Below, piece by piece: positions 28,195 through 41,762 of a DNA stretch of 64,000 nt. Under the pieces are notes generated by a model. That model did not search any database. It saw only the letters and a program-made list of their open reading frames with translations, and was not told where the DNA came from. Position numbers and translations under genes: made by a program. This DNA comes from Octopus vulgaris (taxonomy: Eukaryota): contig OX597815.1 in assembly GCA_951406725.2 (NCBI GenBank), forward strand, positions 124,124,001-124,188,000, in the 5' to 3' direction. Position 1 is the stretch's first letter, and every line of letters starts with the position of its first letter.

Positions 28195-31100
28195 GAAAGA
28201 AAGAGATTTACAGATATACAAGCACACGCATACACATATACATTTATATGCACATAATAAATTGGACACTATTGCACTTAATGTAGTAAGCCAAGAAATT
28301 TTAATGAATTAAAATTACAACCACAGTGTTGAAAGGATATCATCATTTCATATTAATTCTGGTTAAGAAAAGCAAGGAAGTCAACCCGGAATTTAAATTT
28401 AAATTAATCTAATTTATAGTTGTGGGGAATGGGTCTGATGTTATAGAGTATGGTGACAATTTCTGATATATTTCATTATTATATCAGACAATTCCTGAAT
28501 ATTATTTTTAACCATTAATGTGAGAATTTAAACTGAATCGTCATAACTTGAGCGCCTTATATCATGAATAATTTTTGATTAGAGCAGGCGTGTTGTTAAG
28601 CAACATCAACAATAAAGTACTACTTGCAGTCGTGAACCATTCCAGTTTGTTATACCTGAGGTTTTGGGAGCTAATATTTTTGCTATGAATGCAGTGCAAT
28701 AGTAGTAACAACGAGATTGATAACTATTGAGGCCTCTTTTGGTTGCTTATCCAACACTCTGGCTTTTCCTTAAACTTGTATAACATTACAAAATGAATTG
28801 CAGACAAGATATCGTACAGACCTAATTTACAAAAAAGAACTTTTTAAGTTACCTTAAAATACATTAGTCTTTAAAATTTCTAGTTAAATTTCTTATCAAA
28901 ATCAAATAAGTAGCATTTGCAAAACGTATTTGTTCTCAGCAGGTCATCTTCATGTAGGCTAAGAAAAATTAGGGGGAAAGAAAAGGAAAAAATTAACTAT
29001 CTTAGTTGCTTTGAAATCACGATTTCTTAACGACTTACCATCTATGACGATCAAAAGTTTTTATTTTCTATTTTTGCAATGGGATATTTTATATATTTTA
29101 CTTTAGAATTGACCTACTTCATGAACTGACACCATGCAATTAATAGCTAATTAAAATGTAACATTCTTAGTGACATTGAAATAAAGAATCACATAAAATA
29201 GCTTATCTGCTGTCATTGAAATAATTAATACATAGACGTATATTACTTGTGAAACAGAATTAAGTATACATGTATCTGTTTCATTTAACTTGTACAAGTG
29301 ACGGGAGCAATGACGACTGATAAGCATGCGAAATGCTTAATAGTTGATTAATATTATTCACACTATTTTAGACACATAAATCCCAACTGCATTGAGTGGA
29401 TACTAATAATAACTTGCGTACCCGTATCACAAAAAGTGATAGCATTTTAAAACAAATATGTTCAAACTGCTATTCAATAAATGCTTCGACTTTACGTAAA
29501 TTTCATATATTTAGACTCATAACAACAATCTCATATATTGCCAGATTAAGTTCTGACCAAAGTCTATTTACTAAAAGTGGTATATTTCGTCAATAATCTA
29601 TGCATCCTCTCTATATATACTATAAATATCATGGTAGCATGTGCTACATATAAAAATGCAACAGTAATACATACACATATCACAGTATACATATTTTATT
29701 CAAATATGTGTCCACCATATATATTTCCAAAGTTAATATGGGTTCTGCATGTACTAAAATATATATACTTGCAATACATATGTGTAATATTCATATCAGA
29801 CACTGCACATAATTGTACAGTGCATAATTTAAGTTTCTTCATTGAGTCTTTTTTGTGAACACAGGTAAGTCCTGGGTAAGTTTTATTATATAAAACAGTT
29901 TCGTGCTTAATAAAGATCTTTTTATCATTACATTTTTTAGTGAAGAATGCGTAGCCATTCAGATTTCCTTGATCATCACTTCACTATATGTATAACCTCA
30001 AATTATTCTTAATTAGAATACATAAATACACCACGAAAGAAATAATAAATGTCTACTTTCGACTGTGAAATAATTCATTGCAGTATCTGACAAAATGCCT
30101 TATGGTTTTTTGTTTGTTTGTTTCTGTGATTTGTATCGTATTTATATCCAATGTTAAGCGGAACAGTTTCTTTGAACTAAATTTTAGCATCACAAATTGA
30201 AAAATAAATGCATTAGAAATATTTTTTTTCAACATTCAGCTTTGTAGTATCCTAATCTTTATTCTTCTCAACTCGTTGATTGGTTGATTATAGATCATAA
30301 TTGTGTTTCTAATGTTATTTTTGGATTGCTAACTGAAGCTTACGGTTATTGGGTTGCAGATAGAGACAAAATTTACTAATATTCAATTTAAGACAAAATG
30401 TGAAAGAAACTTTACAGCTAAGTTGTGATGTCAGAAGTCAAATTCGGTTATATTCAGGGAAAGAACGAATTTGCAGTGAGATTATCTTGAAAATAGTAGA
30501 TCATTTGTTTTTCACTACAAAGCAAAAAGTTCCAGTCAGCTCCTTTTGAGACGCATTTGGTTGTACGTTTGGTTTGAGTGAAGCTTCATCTAAAATCAGT
30601 GTGTTGGCGTTCATTTTCCAGGACTTGGGAACTTGAGATTTATAACACTGTTTCCTTTTTAAATATTGTAAAGTGTTAAACAGAATCGGCTGATCAGGAG
30701 TTTACGTTGAATATACCGCACTGATTTGTCAGTGAGTATGCGATTGGCGGAGAAGGGTGAGGGAACCACCAATTGCAAGAATGTAAATTGCTTGCAGGTG
30801 AGATCAATGTATGGAGCAATCATAATTTATGTCGTTATAACAAATTTTGTTAACGCTTGGAGGACTCAACGTTTGAAATTCCTGAGTTTTATGAAAGCAC
30901 ACAATAAGAGAAAGAAAATTTGTGGAGGATGACCAATAGGTGTCCATTTAGGAAGAGTTGTTTGTGTGATTACCACTTGTATATGGGTGTCACTGTGACG
31001 TTTTGGCTGAGGTGGTTGTAGCTGAGAATTTGTTGTTGATGCGTTCTGATCTCTCATGAGTCACAGAACAATGATGTTTTGCTTGTTGCCCATACACAAA

Positions 31101-32429
31101 AAGTTTGGTTTGATGTATCACTGTCGTCACAGAAAAAGATTGTCAATAATGCTTGATTATCACTCATCTAAGAGAGTAGTTACGGGAGATGTATCACATG
31201 TTATTCATGAGACAAGTCACTGTTAAATTAGTGAGTGTTTGTAGGTGATATGTGAAAGTTAGGGTTTTAGACGGACAATCGAAGCAAGAGGTAGCTGCAG
31301 TAGAAATCAAGGTCATGGCTGGAAGAGATTTGTCATACATGGTGAGAATATAAGATGATATATATTCAACGTTGTTACCATTTAACATTCGCGTGATCTA
31401 AAGTAAAAAAAAAATAAATAATAGAGAAGCTTATGCAACCAAAAATCCCCATTAAGTAAAGGAAATTAGCCGAATTGTGTTTTTGCAGTTCGTAACTCCA
31501 GATCAGCGTGTTTGAACAGATGGGGATGGAGGTGGGGTGGAATAACTAGTGCTCAAAACCCCATACCAAATGGAAAACGAAATTTCTTTTTTTTTTTAAT
31601 GATTCTTGTGTTTCAGCAATCTTTGTACATTTTGTTGCCACCTCCAAAATTTCTCTGTACCTTTCCTAGGGATAGCTATTCTAAACTCCACCGAACAGGT
31701 GTATGACCAAACCATTGAAGTTGTGAACAGCCCATCATTTTAGTTATATGTAGCACTACATTTTCTAATATGGGTTTTCTTTATTTAAAACAACAGGATG
31801 TGCTTACTTGAGGAAAATTTGGCTGGCATTTCGAGTAGCTAGAGAAAGTTGTGATTTTCATAGTTTCTTACACCTTGTGAACCTATTCTTAATGAGAATA
31901 AACATTAAACGAAATGCTTGGCTCGTAGAAATGTTACCCAAACAATCTTATTCTCTTCACGTTTTAAGCAAACGGTTAAGTGCTTTTCTCAGGGATACAA
32001 TGCAATATTGCGGATATACAGTGGTAGATTGAAATATCAGTAGGGTATCAACCACAATACTTTGTATTTGATTACGTTCTTTTACATTCTCCGTTCAAAT
32101 TCCGCCTAGGTTCACTTTTTTTTCATCTTTCCGAGGTCGAAAAAATAAGTACTGATCAATATAATAAGCACTGAAGTGATATCAACTAAACACTAGAAGG
32201 CAGTGCTACTGTTCAATAAATGAAACTAGTAAACCACAGATGACACTTCAATAAGTGAGATTTGTTAAATAATACGAACGTCAAATCTTAGAATCAGAAT
32301 GATGCTTCTTTCATCTGACTTCCTTGTCTTGTTACCAATAGCAATATAATATAATATAATATAATATAATATAATATAAGTGACATTAATAATTGCAGCA
32401 ACAACAATATCAATATTAATAAGTTCTAA

Positions 32430-32642
32430 GTCGGCGAGCTGGTAGAATCATTAACCCGCCGGGCAAAATGCTTGGCAGCATTTCGTCCGTCTTTCCGTCC
32501 CGAGTTCAAATTCCGCCGGAGTCGAGTTTGCTTTCATCCTTTCGGGGGTGATAAAATAAGTACCAGCTGAGCACTGGGGTTGATGTAATCGACTTACCCA
32601 CTTCCCCCAAAATTGCTGGCCTTGTGCCAAAATTTGAAACCA
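32430..32642 (+). mobile_element. tRNA-derived SINE (family 3, conserved central CTTTCATCCTTTCGGGGT...AAGTACCAG domain)
   Basis: GGCGAGCTGGTAGAATC...GAGTTCAAATTCC head. Other copies at ~21240-21600 (-, two), ~42930-43140 (-), 50620-50790 (+), 50880-51280 (-), 54300-54510 (-) and 59660-59880 (-). Confidence 0.8.
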
Positions 32643-32827
32643 ATATTAGTGAGTTATAAACATTGCAGATTTGTAGAGGAAAGAAATAAGTTTACTGAGA
32701 GGGCATAACTATGTCAACGTCGGAACTTAACATAGGATAATTGTTCTTATCTTAACAATTAGACTAAACAAGATAAATAATGAAAAAAAAAAAAAAAATA
32801 GAGATAAAAACTAGAAGAGATACTTAC

Positions 32828-32943
32828 CCTGGCCGATGGAATTGTATTTGGGCATCTATGTAGGCAGTCAAAAACATCACTATACACAGAAATTGTAGAG
32901 CGGGCCGCTGTGTTAAACTTGAGCTCAACAAAGGGGTGAACAT
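32828..32943 (-). CDS. EGFL7/8: EGFL7/EGFL8-like EMI-domain secreted protein, first coding exon (signal peptide)
   Basis: ATG at 32943 gives MFTPLLSSSLTQRPALQFLCIVMFLTAYIDA-QIQFHRPG: hydrophobic core and an IDA cleavage site. Strong donor GG|GTAAGTA at 32827 (phase 2). Upstream acceptor TTTCAG at 32972-32971, so the exon spans 32828-32970 with a short 5'UTR part. Confidence 0.85.
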
Positions 32944-34819
32944 AATTAGAATACAGTAGTCTCTTCAGTACTGAAATCCAGATATAAAACTGGGATTCCA
33001 GCTTGGTAGATAATTAATAAAGTTATTTCGTACTCCTATGTTGTATCATGTAGAAGACCACTGACGGAAACTTGCGATTGATTTTATAAGTTGAGCTACA
33101 TTGTAAGGTTTTTGTGATATTTTGTTCTACATTCAAACCGATAAATATAAGTTAAAAAATAAAAGTCTTATAGCATGTATAATCATAGAGAAACAATATA
33201 TACGGCTTCTTTATCCATTTTAGCTGCCTGTATTTTACACGTATCTTTTGTAGTTTCTTTTAATGGATATTATTTCATTCGATTTCTTCTCAGCCTAACA
33301 CAAAACAAAATCAGCGACAAGCGTGTCATCTTTCATCGAATAAGTGTTCAGTAAAGAATGACGATGGTCTCATTAGTTTGGTTTTATGTATACGAATTAT
33401 ACTCCTTGATGCGTCCTTATCTTCTGCCGCCTCATCTCTTCTATTCCATTTATAAACTTTGGTATCGAAGAATTTCATAAACTGCACGAATTTCCTCCAT
33501 GTGTTCAGTTTAAACGTTTCTAACTGCCTAAAAACTCTTGTAATATGAAGCAGCTGTTTTAAGAACGGTGAAGTTCAAATATTATCAGAATTGAATGTAA
33601 TTTGATATTTATTATTTCTGGTTTGTATGTATAAGTCCCGGATCAAATTTCGAATCGTTCGTCGCTACGATTTCGATTTGTAACAGAATCACATCAACAC
33701 ATTAGCTAGTAAATGGTTAATGATAAATCTTCCAGTTAGTTGACAGATGTTTGTGATATAATAAATAAATTGAAATCAGTGAGTTCAACATTCACTAGCG
33801 TGTAAGTAATCAACCTGACTTCACATTAAAAATCTACGAAGTAGTCTTGATGCCTGATGTCTGAGATATGTTGTATCGGTTTGTGACAGCAGGCATCTGA
33901 CCAGTAAAGAGAGTCAGCAACGATGAGATCTGTGCATGATAGCAGGAAGGGTCGGAGAAAGGAATGAATGGTGGGAGTGGGGAAAGCAATGATAAAAATA
34001 AAATATACATTACCGACCCCACTGTCAGCAGAGCACCTATGTCTTTGCTGATATCAAGCGTGTCTTGTTACAGGAATGCTATCTGTTTGTACTCGGGCAT
34101 ACGAAGTAACTTCGAATAAATTGCATTGGTGTATTACTGTAAACAAAAATTCCGACTCTAAAGTATGGATGGATGTACACACTTATTAATAGTACATATG
34201 TATGTACGTGTGCACACATGGCCTGGCTGTATGGCTAAGTAGTTTGCTTCACGTCCTGGTGCTTCCAGGTTCAATCCCACTGCGCAGCATCTTGGACGAA
34301 ACCAATGATTTTTGAGTGATATTTGGCTTCCAGAGAGCCGTCGTATGCCGCTTATTATAATCACGGATAATATTAATCAATCAATCAGATATATTATCGA
34401 AATTAGTTGATATCAGTGTATTTAAGGGAAATTTTAAATTACCCGCTTATTAGAAGTTAAGTAAACCGCCACATTGCCATTACAAAGAAACATAATTTGT
34501 GTAAGGTGAATGATGTGGTGGTGGTCGCAGGACTGTTATAGCAGTGAAGACACCGGTATGCTAACTATATGAGCATGGCTGGCAGTATGTAAGTATGGAT
34601 GTATGGATGTATGTATGGATGGATGCATGCATGTATGTATGTCATTATTCAGTTTATTTCAAGATTTCTTGCCAATAGAGAAAGAACCGGTTTCTAATCT
34701 AGATCCAATTCATTGGAATTTCAACATCAACAGGGTATTTTTGTTTGTATGTATGTATGTATGTATGTATGTATGTATGTATGTATGTATGTATGTGTGT
34801 GTATGTATGTATGTATGTA

Positions 34820-34852
<33 letters not shown>

Positions 34853-34899
34853 GTATGTATGTATGTATGTATGTATGTATGTATGTATGTATGTATGTA

Positions 34900-34936
<37 letters not shown>

Positions 34937-35014
34937 ATGTATGTATGTATGTATGTATGTGTGTGTGTGTGTATACAATATCACGTCTAATGAGATAAAG
35001 TAATAGATATATAC

Positions 35015-35045
<31 letters not shown>

Positions 35046-35351
35046 GTTGTGTGTGTGTATGTGTGCGCGCGCGAGTATGTGTGTGTTTCTATGTAAAAGT
35101 GTGTCGCGCGCGCTAGCATGTGTGTTGATAGGTGTGTGTGCGTGCGCATGTATGTATATCCATGTGTGTGTGTGTATTTACATAAATACATGGATATGCA
35201 CGTACGCTTTTACATGCTTATAAATTTCCACTTCTATACCCAAATTTATTAAACGAAGGGCTATGCAAAAATAAGTTCAATCTTGAAACACACATACACA
35301 CACACATACACGCGTGTGTGAATGAATACATTATATGTATGTATATATACA

Positions 35352-35752
35352 CAGTGATATCTCGCAGTATGAGCTTAATTCGTTCCATGACCGAACTCGT
35401 TTTACAATTTACTTGTTTTATGATTTACTCGTTTTATAAATCAATTTTCCCCATTCAAATTAACTAAAATATAATTAGTCTGTCCCAGCCCCACAAAACT
35501 ACTCAAAAATAATCTTTCATGAGTTTTAAAGGGCAAAAAGGTGTAGCTACTAGTAAAATGACGATTATTAAAAGGAGAATGCAAAAGAAATATGTTAACC
35601 GGTTTCGTTAACTTTATTATTTTAAAGATGGGACAATTTGTACGCTCGTACTGCGGATTTCCGCTCGTACTTTAAGACAAAAATTCGCACGTTCTCGGCT
35701 CGTGCAACAAATTACTCGTAAAATGGGGCACTCGTACTGAGAGGTTCTACCT
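35352..35752. mobile_element. Tigger/pogo-like MITE
   Basis: CAGTGATATCTCGCAGTATGAG ... CTCGTACTGAGAGGTTCTAC imperfect TIRs; internal CTCGTA repeats. Confidence 0.55.
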
Positions 35753-36704
35753 TATACAAACGCGCGCGCGCGCACGCACACACACATATACACACACGCA
35801 AAAAACGTACATGAGTGTATATACATGTATATACGGGTGAATATGTTTTATTACTCTTGTATTTTGTGTTTGGCTATAGTTTGAAGAGGCTCTCTTGGGT
35901 AGTTTTAGCAGATCTGATAGTCATTTATAGCCACACTCTGTCTTCAGGTATCTATATATAGTACCTGGTTAGTATCATATCTGTCACCCATGTTACTACT
36001 TACTGTAAACGTCTTTTCATTGATAAGACGGGGATAGTTGTTTTTGCTTCTAACAACAATTTTCTTCTTCTTCTTCTTCTTCTTCTTCTTCTTCTTCTTC
36101 TTCTTCTTCTTCTTCTTCTTCTTCTTCTTCTTCTTCTCCGCCTCCTCCTCCTCCTCTCCGTCCGTCTGTCTATAGCTTCCTGAGATATATAAAAAAAAAT
36201 ATATAAAAAAAGAACCTTCATTGCAATTTACATTAAGATATATAAAATCAAAGTAGTCTCACATATTTTCACTTTAATCTAATTAAAGTTTTATTCAAAT
36301 TTGCATCTTAAAGCTTTTTCGAAGAACTTTTTCAGGGGATGTAATCAGTTCATTGATTACTGGTTCTTTGGCTATTGATTCAAAAAAGAAATAAAATGAA
36401 TGTTGACACCAGTAGGACTTTAAACTTATGATCTAACGGTTCGAATCTAAAGATTGCAATGTATTTGATCTGAGTGTAGGACAAAAGCCCCCTCGGACAA
36501 AATCCCCATAATAAAAGTGTGAAAGTGGACAAAACCCCCTTGGTTATATTTTTCGTTTTTTTTTTTTTTTTTTCCTTTTACTTGTTTCGGTCATTAGACT
36601 GCAACCATGCTGCGGCCCCGGCTTAAAGAATTTTCAGACGACTGTATGAAACTTAGAATTTTTTTAAAGCCTGGTCAAAACGACCTCTATGAGATATATA
36701 TAGT

Positions 36705-36755
36705 TTTGTCAGTGAACAGGTCGCGGTCTCAAAGCGACGAAAATATTTTGACAAA
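36705..36755 (+). ncRNA. Minimal type I hammerhead-ribozyme-like motif (G3-C8 core variant), copy B, in repeat 36690-36895
   Basis: TTTGTCA-GTGAACA-G-GTCGC-ggtctcaaa-GCGAC-GAA-AATATT-T-TGACAAA; identical to copy A except in loop II. Confidence 0.5.
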
Positions 36756-36893
36756 TTAAATTTAAATGTTGAAGTGAATCTAACGGTTTTTGTGTGTTTC
36801 TTAAATGGCTTATAAACACCTTCCACGCTGCAATTATTTTCGTTCCAGCACACGATCTCAGATTAGGTCATTTGCTATGCAAGTGCATCTCCG

Positions 36894-36965
<72 letters not shown>

Positions 36966-37119
36966 TTGTTAAATCATTAGACTGCGGATATGTTGGGGCA
37001 CCGCCTTGAAGAATCTTTAGCCAAATGTATCGATCCCAGAATTGTTTTAGGCGATTTTCAACCATCGCATGAATGTAAGACTAAAAGGTCTCCCCACAGG
37101 CTAGACATAACAGCCAAAT

Positions 37120-40012
37120 CTCTTGAATTTTTAAAATAATTTCACGTAAACAAAAACGGAAATCGCAATCTTGTGCCACAGGAAAACTTCAGCCTACGCG
37201 ACGATGGGCAAATATGGAAATTCGTCAAGTCTGGTGAGTCATGGATAAGGGATATCAGTTGTTCTGAGCATACTGCACCCATAACTGGCAATCATGGGAA
37301 ACTAAACAAGAACAATCAGCCATCCCCTGTATATCATCGTCATCTGAATTCCAGATACAAACTGCTGTCCTTAAATGCCCGTAGTTTATGCAACAAGGTA
37401 CATCTTTTTGACTCTTACGTTAAAAGTATCGACCCAGATTTCATCACAGTCACGGAAACATGGGCACATTCTGCACTCTGAGATGGGGTTTTCAGCATAG
37501 CCGGCTACAACCTTTTCCGCAAAGACCGCATTAATCGCCGTGGTGGGGGTGTGATGGTCTACGTTCGTTCAAATCTATCGGCAATTTCTTGTGATAATTT
37601 GAACCAATCTCAACAAGAAGTATTTTTCTGCAATGTACAAATGACTATGTCAACACTTCTACTTGGAGTTGTTTACCGCCCCTCAAATTATCATCAAGAC
37701 ACACAACTTTTGATATCCTCAGAGTTGCTGCCATGAAAACAGCCACTTATGTTTATATTGCGGGGGACTTCAATTTCCCTGAGATTGACTGGGAGGCCTT
37801 CCGTTGGCCGCAAAGTGCAGACGATTTCCTTGAACTGGTGCTGAATTCAAATTGGTCCCAAGTCGTTACCTCCCCCACAAGGGGTAACAGCACTTTGGAT
37901 CTGCTATTTACCGCTTCTCCTGAAACAATTATTAGTGTCACTACTGAAGAACCTTTAGGTGACTCTGATCATTCCATGATCATGGCCGACTTTTCTCTGA
38001 TTGGTTGTAACAAAATCCACAACCATCTTCAAACTGCCCGCTTCGACTGGAATAAAGTAGACTGGAACTCTTATTGTACCGAGCTGCTCGAATTTTATGC
38101 TTCTGGAGATGTGAACACTATACTTCAGAACATTCTGAATTCAATATGGACGGCATGTGCAGTATCAGTACCACGCAAGCACACAAAAAAGCCCCACCCA
38201 ATAGTGCAATTTGGGAGACTGCAGCAGTCCGACTTGCCAGGAAAGAACGCCGTAATGCTGAACAGGAATACAAAATGCACAAATCAGAGATCAACAAGAA
38301 AAAGTGCAATAGATCATCCAACCATCTCAAGCAGGTGACAAAAAGGGCAGTGCTTGAATTCGAACAGCGCATAGCAACCAACCCTGATAGCAAAGTGTTC
38401 TGGAAGTATGTACATTCAAAACAGAGACCTCACTCTCAAGTTAGCCCCCTTTGCAACCCCCACACAGGCCAGATTACTGACAATCCCAAAGAATGTGCAG
38501 AAATCATTGCTGGATGTTATGCAGGCGTCTTTACTGTCGAAGATCAAAATGTTCCATCTCCATCACCTCTGACACCGGACTCTATAACTACTGTGAAATT
38601 TACACCAGCAATGCTACAACGCCACCTTAAAAATAAACGTAACTATGCCTCTCCTGGTCTCGATGGTGTTACATACCTACTTCTCAAACGAGGTAGGTAC
38701 TTTCTTCTAAACCAACTTCCACTATTCTTTCAATTCTGTCTTGACAATGGTGTTACTCCAGAGCAGTGGAAAACTGCCAGTGTTATCCCTCTGTTCAAAA
38801 AAGGTGACCGCACATCGCCTGTCAACTATCGCCCCATCAATCTTGCTAGCGGCATCGCCAAACTAATGGAATCCTGTGTCAGAAAAACCCTCTGGAACTT
38901 CTGGAAGTCTCACAGCCTCATCCAGCCGTCACAATTTGGATTTATTCTAACTCCAGCTACTGTAATCAACTCATCGAGTTTCTTGAGGACATTACCCGAA
39001 TCACTGATGGCAGCTCCTGGGTGGATGTTGTTTACCTGGACTTTGCTAAGGCTTTTAATTCTGTGCCACACAAAAGACTTATGGTGAAACTCTCTGCAAT
39101 GGGTGTAAAAGATGATCTCTATAACTGATTGAAGTCCTTCATCATTGGCCGAAAAGTTGTCACAGTTCTAGCACAGCACTCTTCACCCTATGAGATGATA
39201 TCTAGTGTACCACAGGGATCTGTTTTTGGCCCCCTTTTATTTGTTGCATATGTTAATGACATAGATGCCAACTTAAAGAATGCCACAGTGCTGAAATATG
39301 CAGATGACATCATCAAGTTGTACCTCGAAATAAAGAGGACAGATCCTATACACTATAGATCTTTATTGCAATCAGGCCTGACACAATGCAGCAGTGGATC
39401 ATGGACTGGCAACTCAAGCTGGCTGTGGACAAATGTATCACGATGCATTTTGGGAGGAAAAACCCAGCGTCTATTTACTCCCTCCACAACACTAATCTGA
39501 AAAAGTCTTCTTGTGAACGTGACCTGGGCATTATTGTTGACAGCGATTTGCGTTGGACAAAACACATTGCTAAAATTGCCAAGAAGGCTGAGGGTGTCTT
39601 AGCACCACTCACCAAGTCCTTTGTGAGCCGCTCTCCGGCTATCTATCTGAGGCTTTATATAGCTATGGTGCGGCCTCACCTGGAATTTGCATCACCGGTC
39701 TGGAACCTCTATCTTGCCCAGGATATTAATCGTCTGGAAACCGTTCAGCGACGTGCAACCAAGAGAATACCCCCCATCAGGCATTTGCCATATTCTGAAC
39801 GCCTTACTCCCCTGGGCATGAATACATTGAAACTCCGACGTCTGGCAGCTGAGATTCGCCAACACTACACCTGATTTTCTCCCCTCCATACACACGCAAG
39901 CATGTATCTGACTCATACACTGTTCACTTCCCAGACATTTGTACATTACTGCATATGCTTTATACGCACTTTTGACAAGTTGTGGTGCACCTGAGCACTG
40001 TATACAATAATT

Positions 40013-40044
<32 letters not shown>

Positions 40045-40057
40045 GTTGTTGTTATTA
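37120..40057 (+). mobile_element. CR1-like LINE with near-complete degenerate ORF2 (APE + RT) and (ATT)n tail
   Basis: LNARSLCNK, VTETW, GDFNFPEIDW, LGDSDH, FKKGDR...NYRPI, PQGSVFGPLLF, YADD, RPHLEFASPVW; several frameshifts. Confidence 0.93.
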
Positions 40058-41748
40058 TTTATTGTAAAGAAACTTTTATTTTCAAAATTTCTAATTTTTA
40101 AGTAAACAAAAATATATTCAATCGAAAATAAATAAGTAGAATAGCATATCAGAAGACAAGACTCTTTACTACTCACTGTACATATTGTTTGAATTCTAAC
40201 AAAAGGAAATCTGTTACTTCAAGAAATGTGTACAAAGATAGAAACGATAAGAAGTACGTTTGAACGACTAGCCTTCGATGCCATAATCCTGTTACACCTT
40301 GATTTTTCTGCAACTAAAAGTTTTTCAAGGCGGTGCTCCAGCATGGCCGCAGTCTAATGATTCAAACAAGTAAGAAAATAAAAAAAAATTCTAGGGTCGA
40401 TACAGTCAACTAAAAGTTCCTCAAGGCGATGTCCTAGCATGGCCGCAGTCTGACTGAAAGAAGCAAAAAATAAAAAAAAATTCTGGGGCTTGATACATTC
40501 GACAAAAAATTCCTCAAGGCAGGGTCCCAGCATTGGCTGCAGTTCAATGACTGAAACAAGTTATAAAAATTTTTTAGAAAATTAAAAAAGAAAACGAAAA
40601 ATAACTAAACGATATAACCACTTTTGCACTTTAACTAAGGGGCTTTTGACGAAGGGGCTTTTGTCAGAGGGGCTTTGTCCTAGGAGACTCTTGTCCGGAT
40701 CCTATTTGATCTATTTAGCTCGGCACTCTGTTGCTTCAATAGGCAAACTGCCGGCTAAACTCGTACATCACTTGTACAACTCTTACATCACTTGAATGTA
40801 AGATTAAGTTACAGATAACTATACTAAAAAACCCGTTCTTACAATGACACAAAGTCCTCAATTAAGTATACTAGGAAAACGTTATTTCATTGGAACACTG
40901 TACGCTGGCTATTGTACTCAGTGACAGATTGGGTCTAAAAGTATTTGTTACCCAGAGACTAAGGGGGCCCACCCGCAACTACAATGCTATCAATTCATTC
41001 TTATAACCATGAGTGAAGCCTTTTCGGGTAAAAAAAAATTGTAATTATTTTCAAAGGTAAAGGTGTGATTTAAGGGAGATTTCGCAATTGCTTCTAGCAC
41101 ATTCCACGACCATCTTCCTCGTTTCTTTGACACAGTCACATATATTGATCTTTTCAATAACTTTCTTCTCATAAGCACATTTTATGAAATGCTGATGTGG
41201 AAGTAACATGTAAGTAGTACATTGCTGGGATCTATGCAACAAGAAAAAATTGAAATTTAAATCCACCCCCACACATACAACCGAGGTCGTTTGTGTTTGT
41301 GTGTGTGTGTGTGTGTGTATAAGAAAACATATTTACAGACAGAAAAGTATACTATTAAAATAAATCATCTTTTAGATACCTTTTCTTTTTTTTTAATCAT
41401 TGTGGATAAATTGCAGCAGTGATCTTCTCACGCTTGCCAATATTTTAAAATTTCAAACAGAAACAATGTAGTGTGAAAAAAATCAGAAATTTTCAGATTA
41501 TATTGGATCTTTTCTGTTTGATTACCAGCGTCAATTTTCGGTTCGAATTGATTTCACATTCGGTGTAATGATACACTTTTATAGGCGTGAAAGTAATTAT
41601 CGCTATAAATCAATAAATAAAAGAGTTATTATTAATTAAAGTTCGAAAATATTGGTAATTTTAGCCAGTCGTAAGCCTCAGACACATTCATGGCTCTTTC
41701 GATAGTAAGAAGCGGAACATGAGAACACTTTTGTCTCTCAACGTGCCT

Positions 41749-41762
41749 GTTGCCATAGTAAC
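41749..41762. promoter_or_regulatory. RFX X-box motif GTTGCCATAGTAAC
   Basis: Matches the X-box consensus GTNRCC-N(0-3)-RGYAAC in unique, relatively CpG-containing sequence, followed by a plus-strand ATG and a GT donor at 41902. Confidence 0.45.

Larger units (their letters stand above)
36472..40702. mobile_element. MULE-like element with 10-bp TSD, long TIRs and nested insertions
   Basis: TSD TATTTGATCT at 36462-36471 and 40703-40712; G...C termini; subterminal GGACAAAAGCCCC / GGGGCTTTTGTC repeats; interrupts a family-3 SINE. Confidence 0.65.

Noticed and set aside
31194-31397. Strong minus-strand acceptor and 64-aa ORF as a possible exon 2
   Set aside because: Joining in phase 2 gives an immediate stop (SREC*), and the sequence looks like a decayed Penelope-like fragment.
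32828-32943. Signal peptide + QIQFHRPG read as an AKH/GnRH-like neuropeptide precursor (e.g. spliced to 30062 to give G-RK-stop)
   Set aside because: The exons at 19287-19418 and 17644-17762 continue it in the correct phases into a full EMI domain, a much stronger explanation.
34014-34150. Candidate non-coding first exon of the EGFL7/8-like gene (donor G|GTAATG at 34013)
   Set aside because: A single moderate donor is not enough evidence without transcript data.
40325-40565. Regularly spaced repeats resembling a CRISPR array
   Set aside because: Whole ~80-bp units are homologous SINE tails with no unique spacers, in a eukaryotic context without cas genes.
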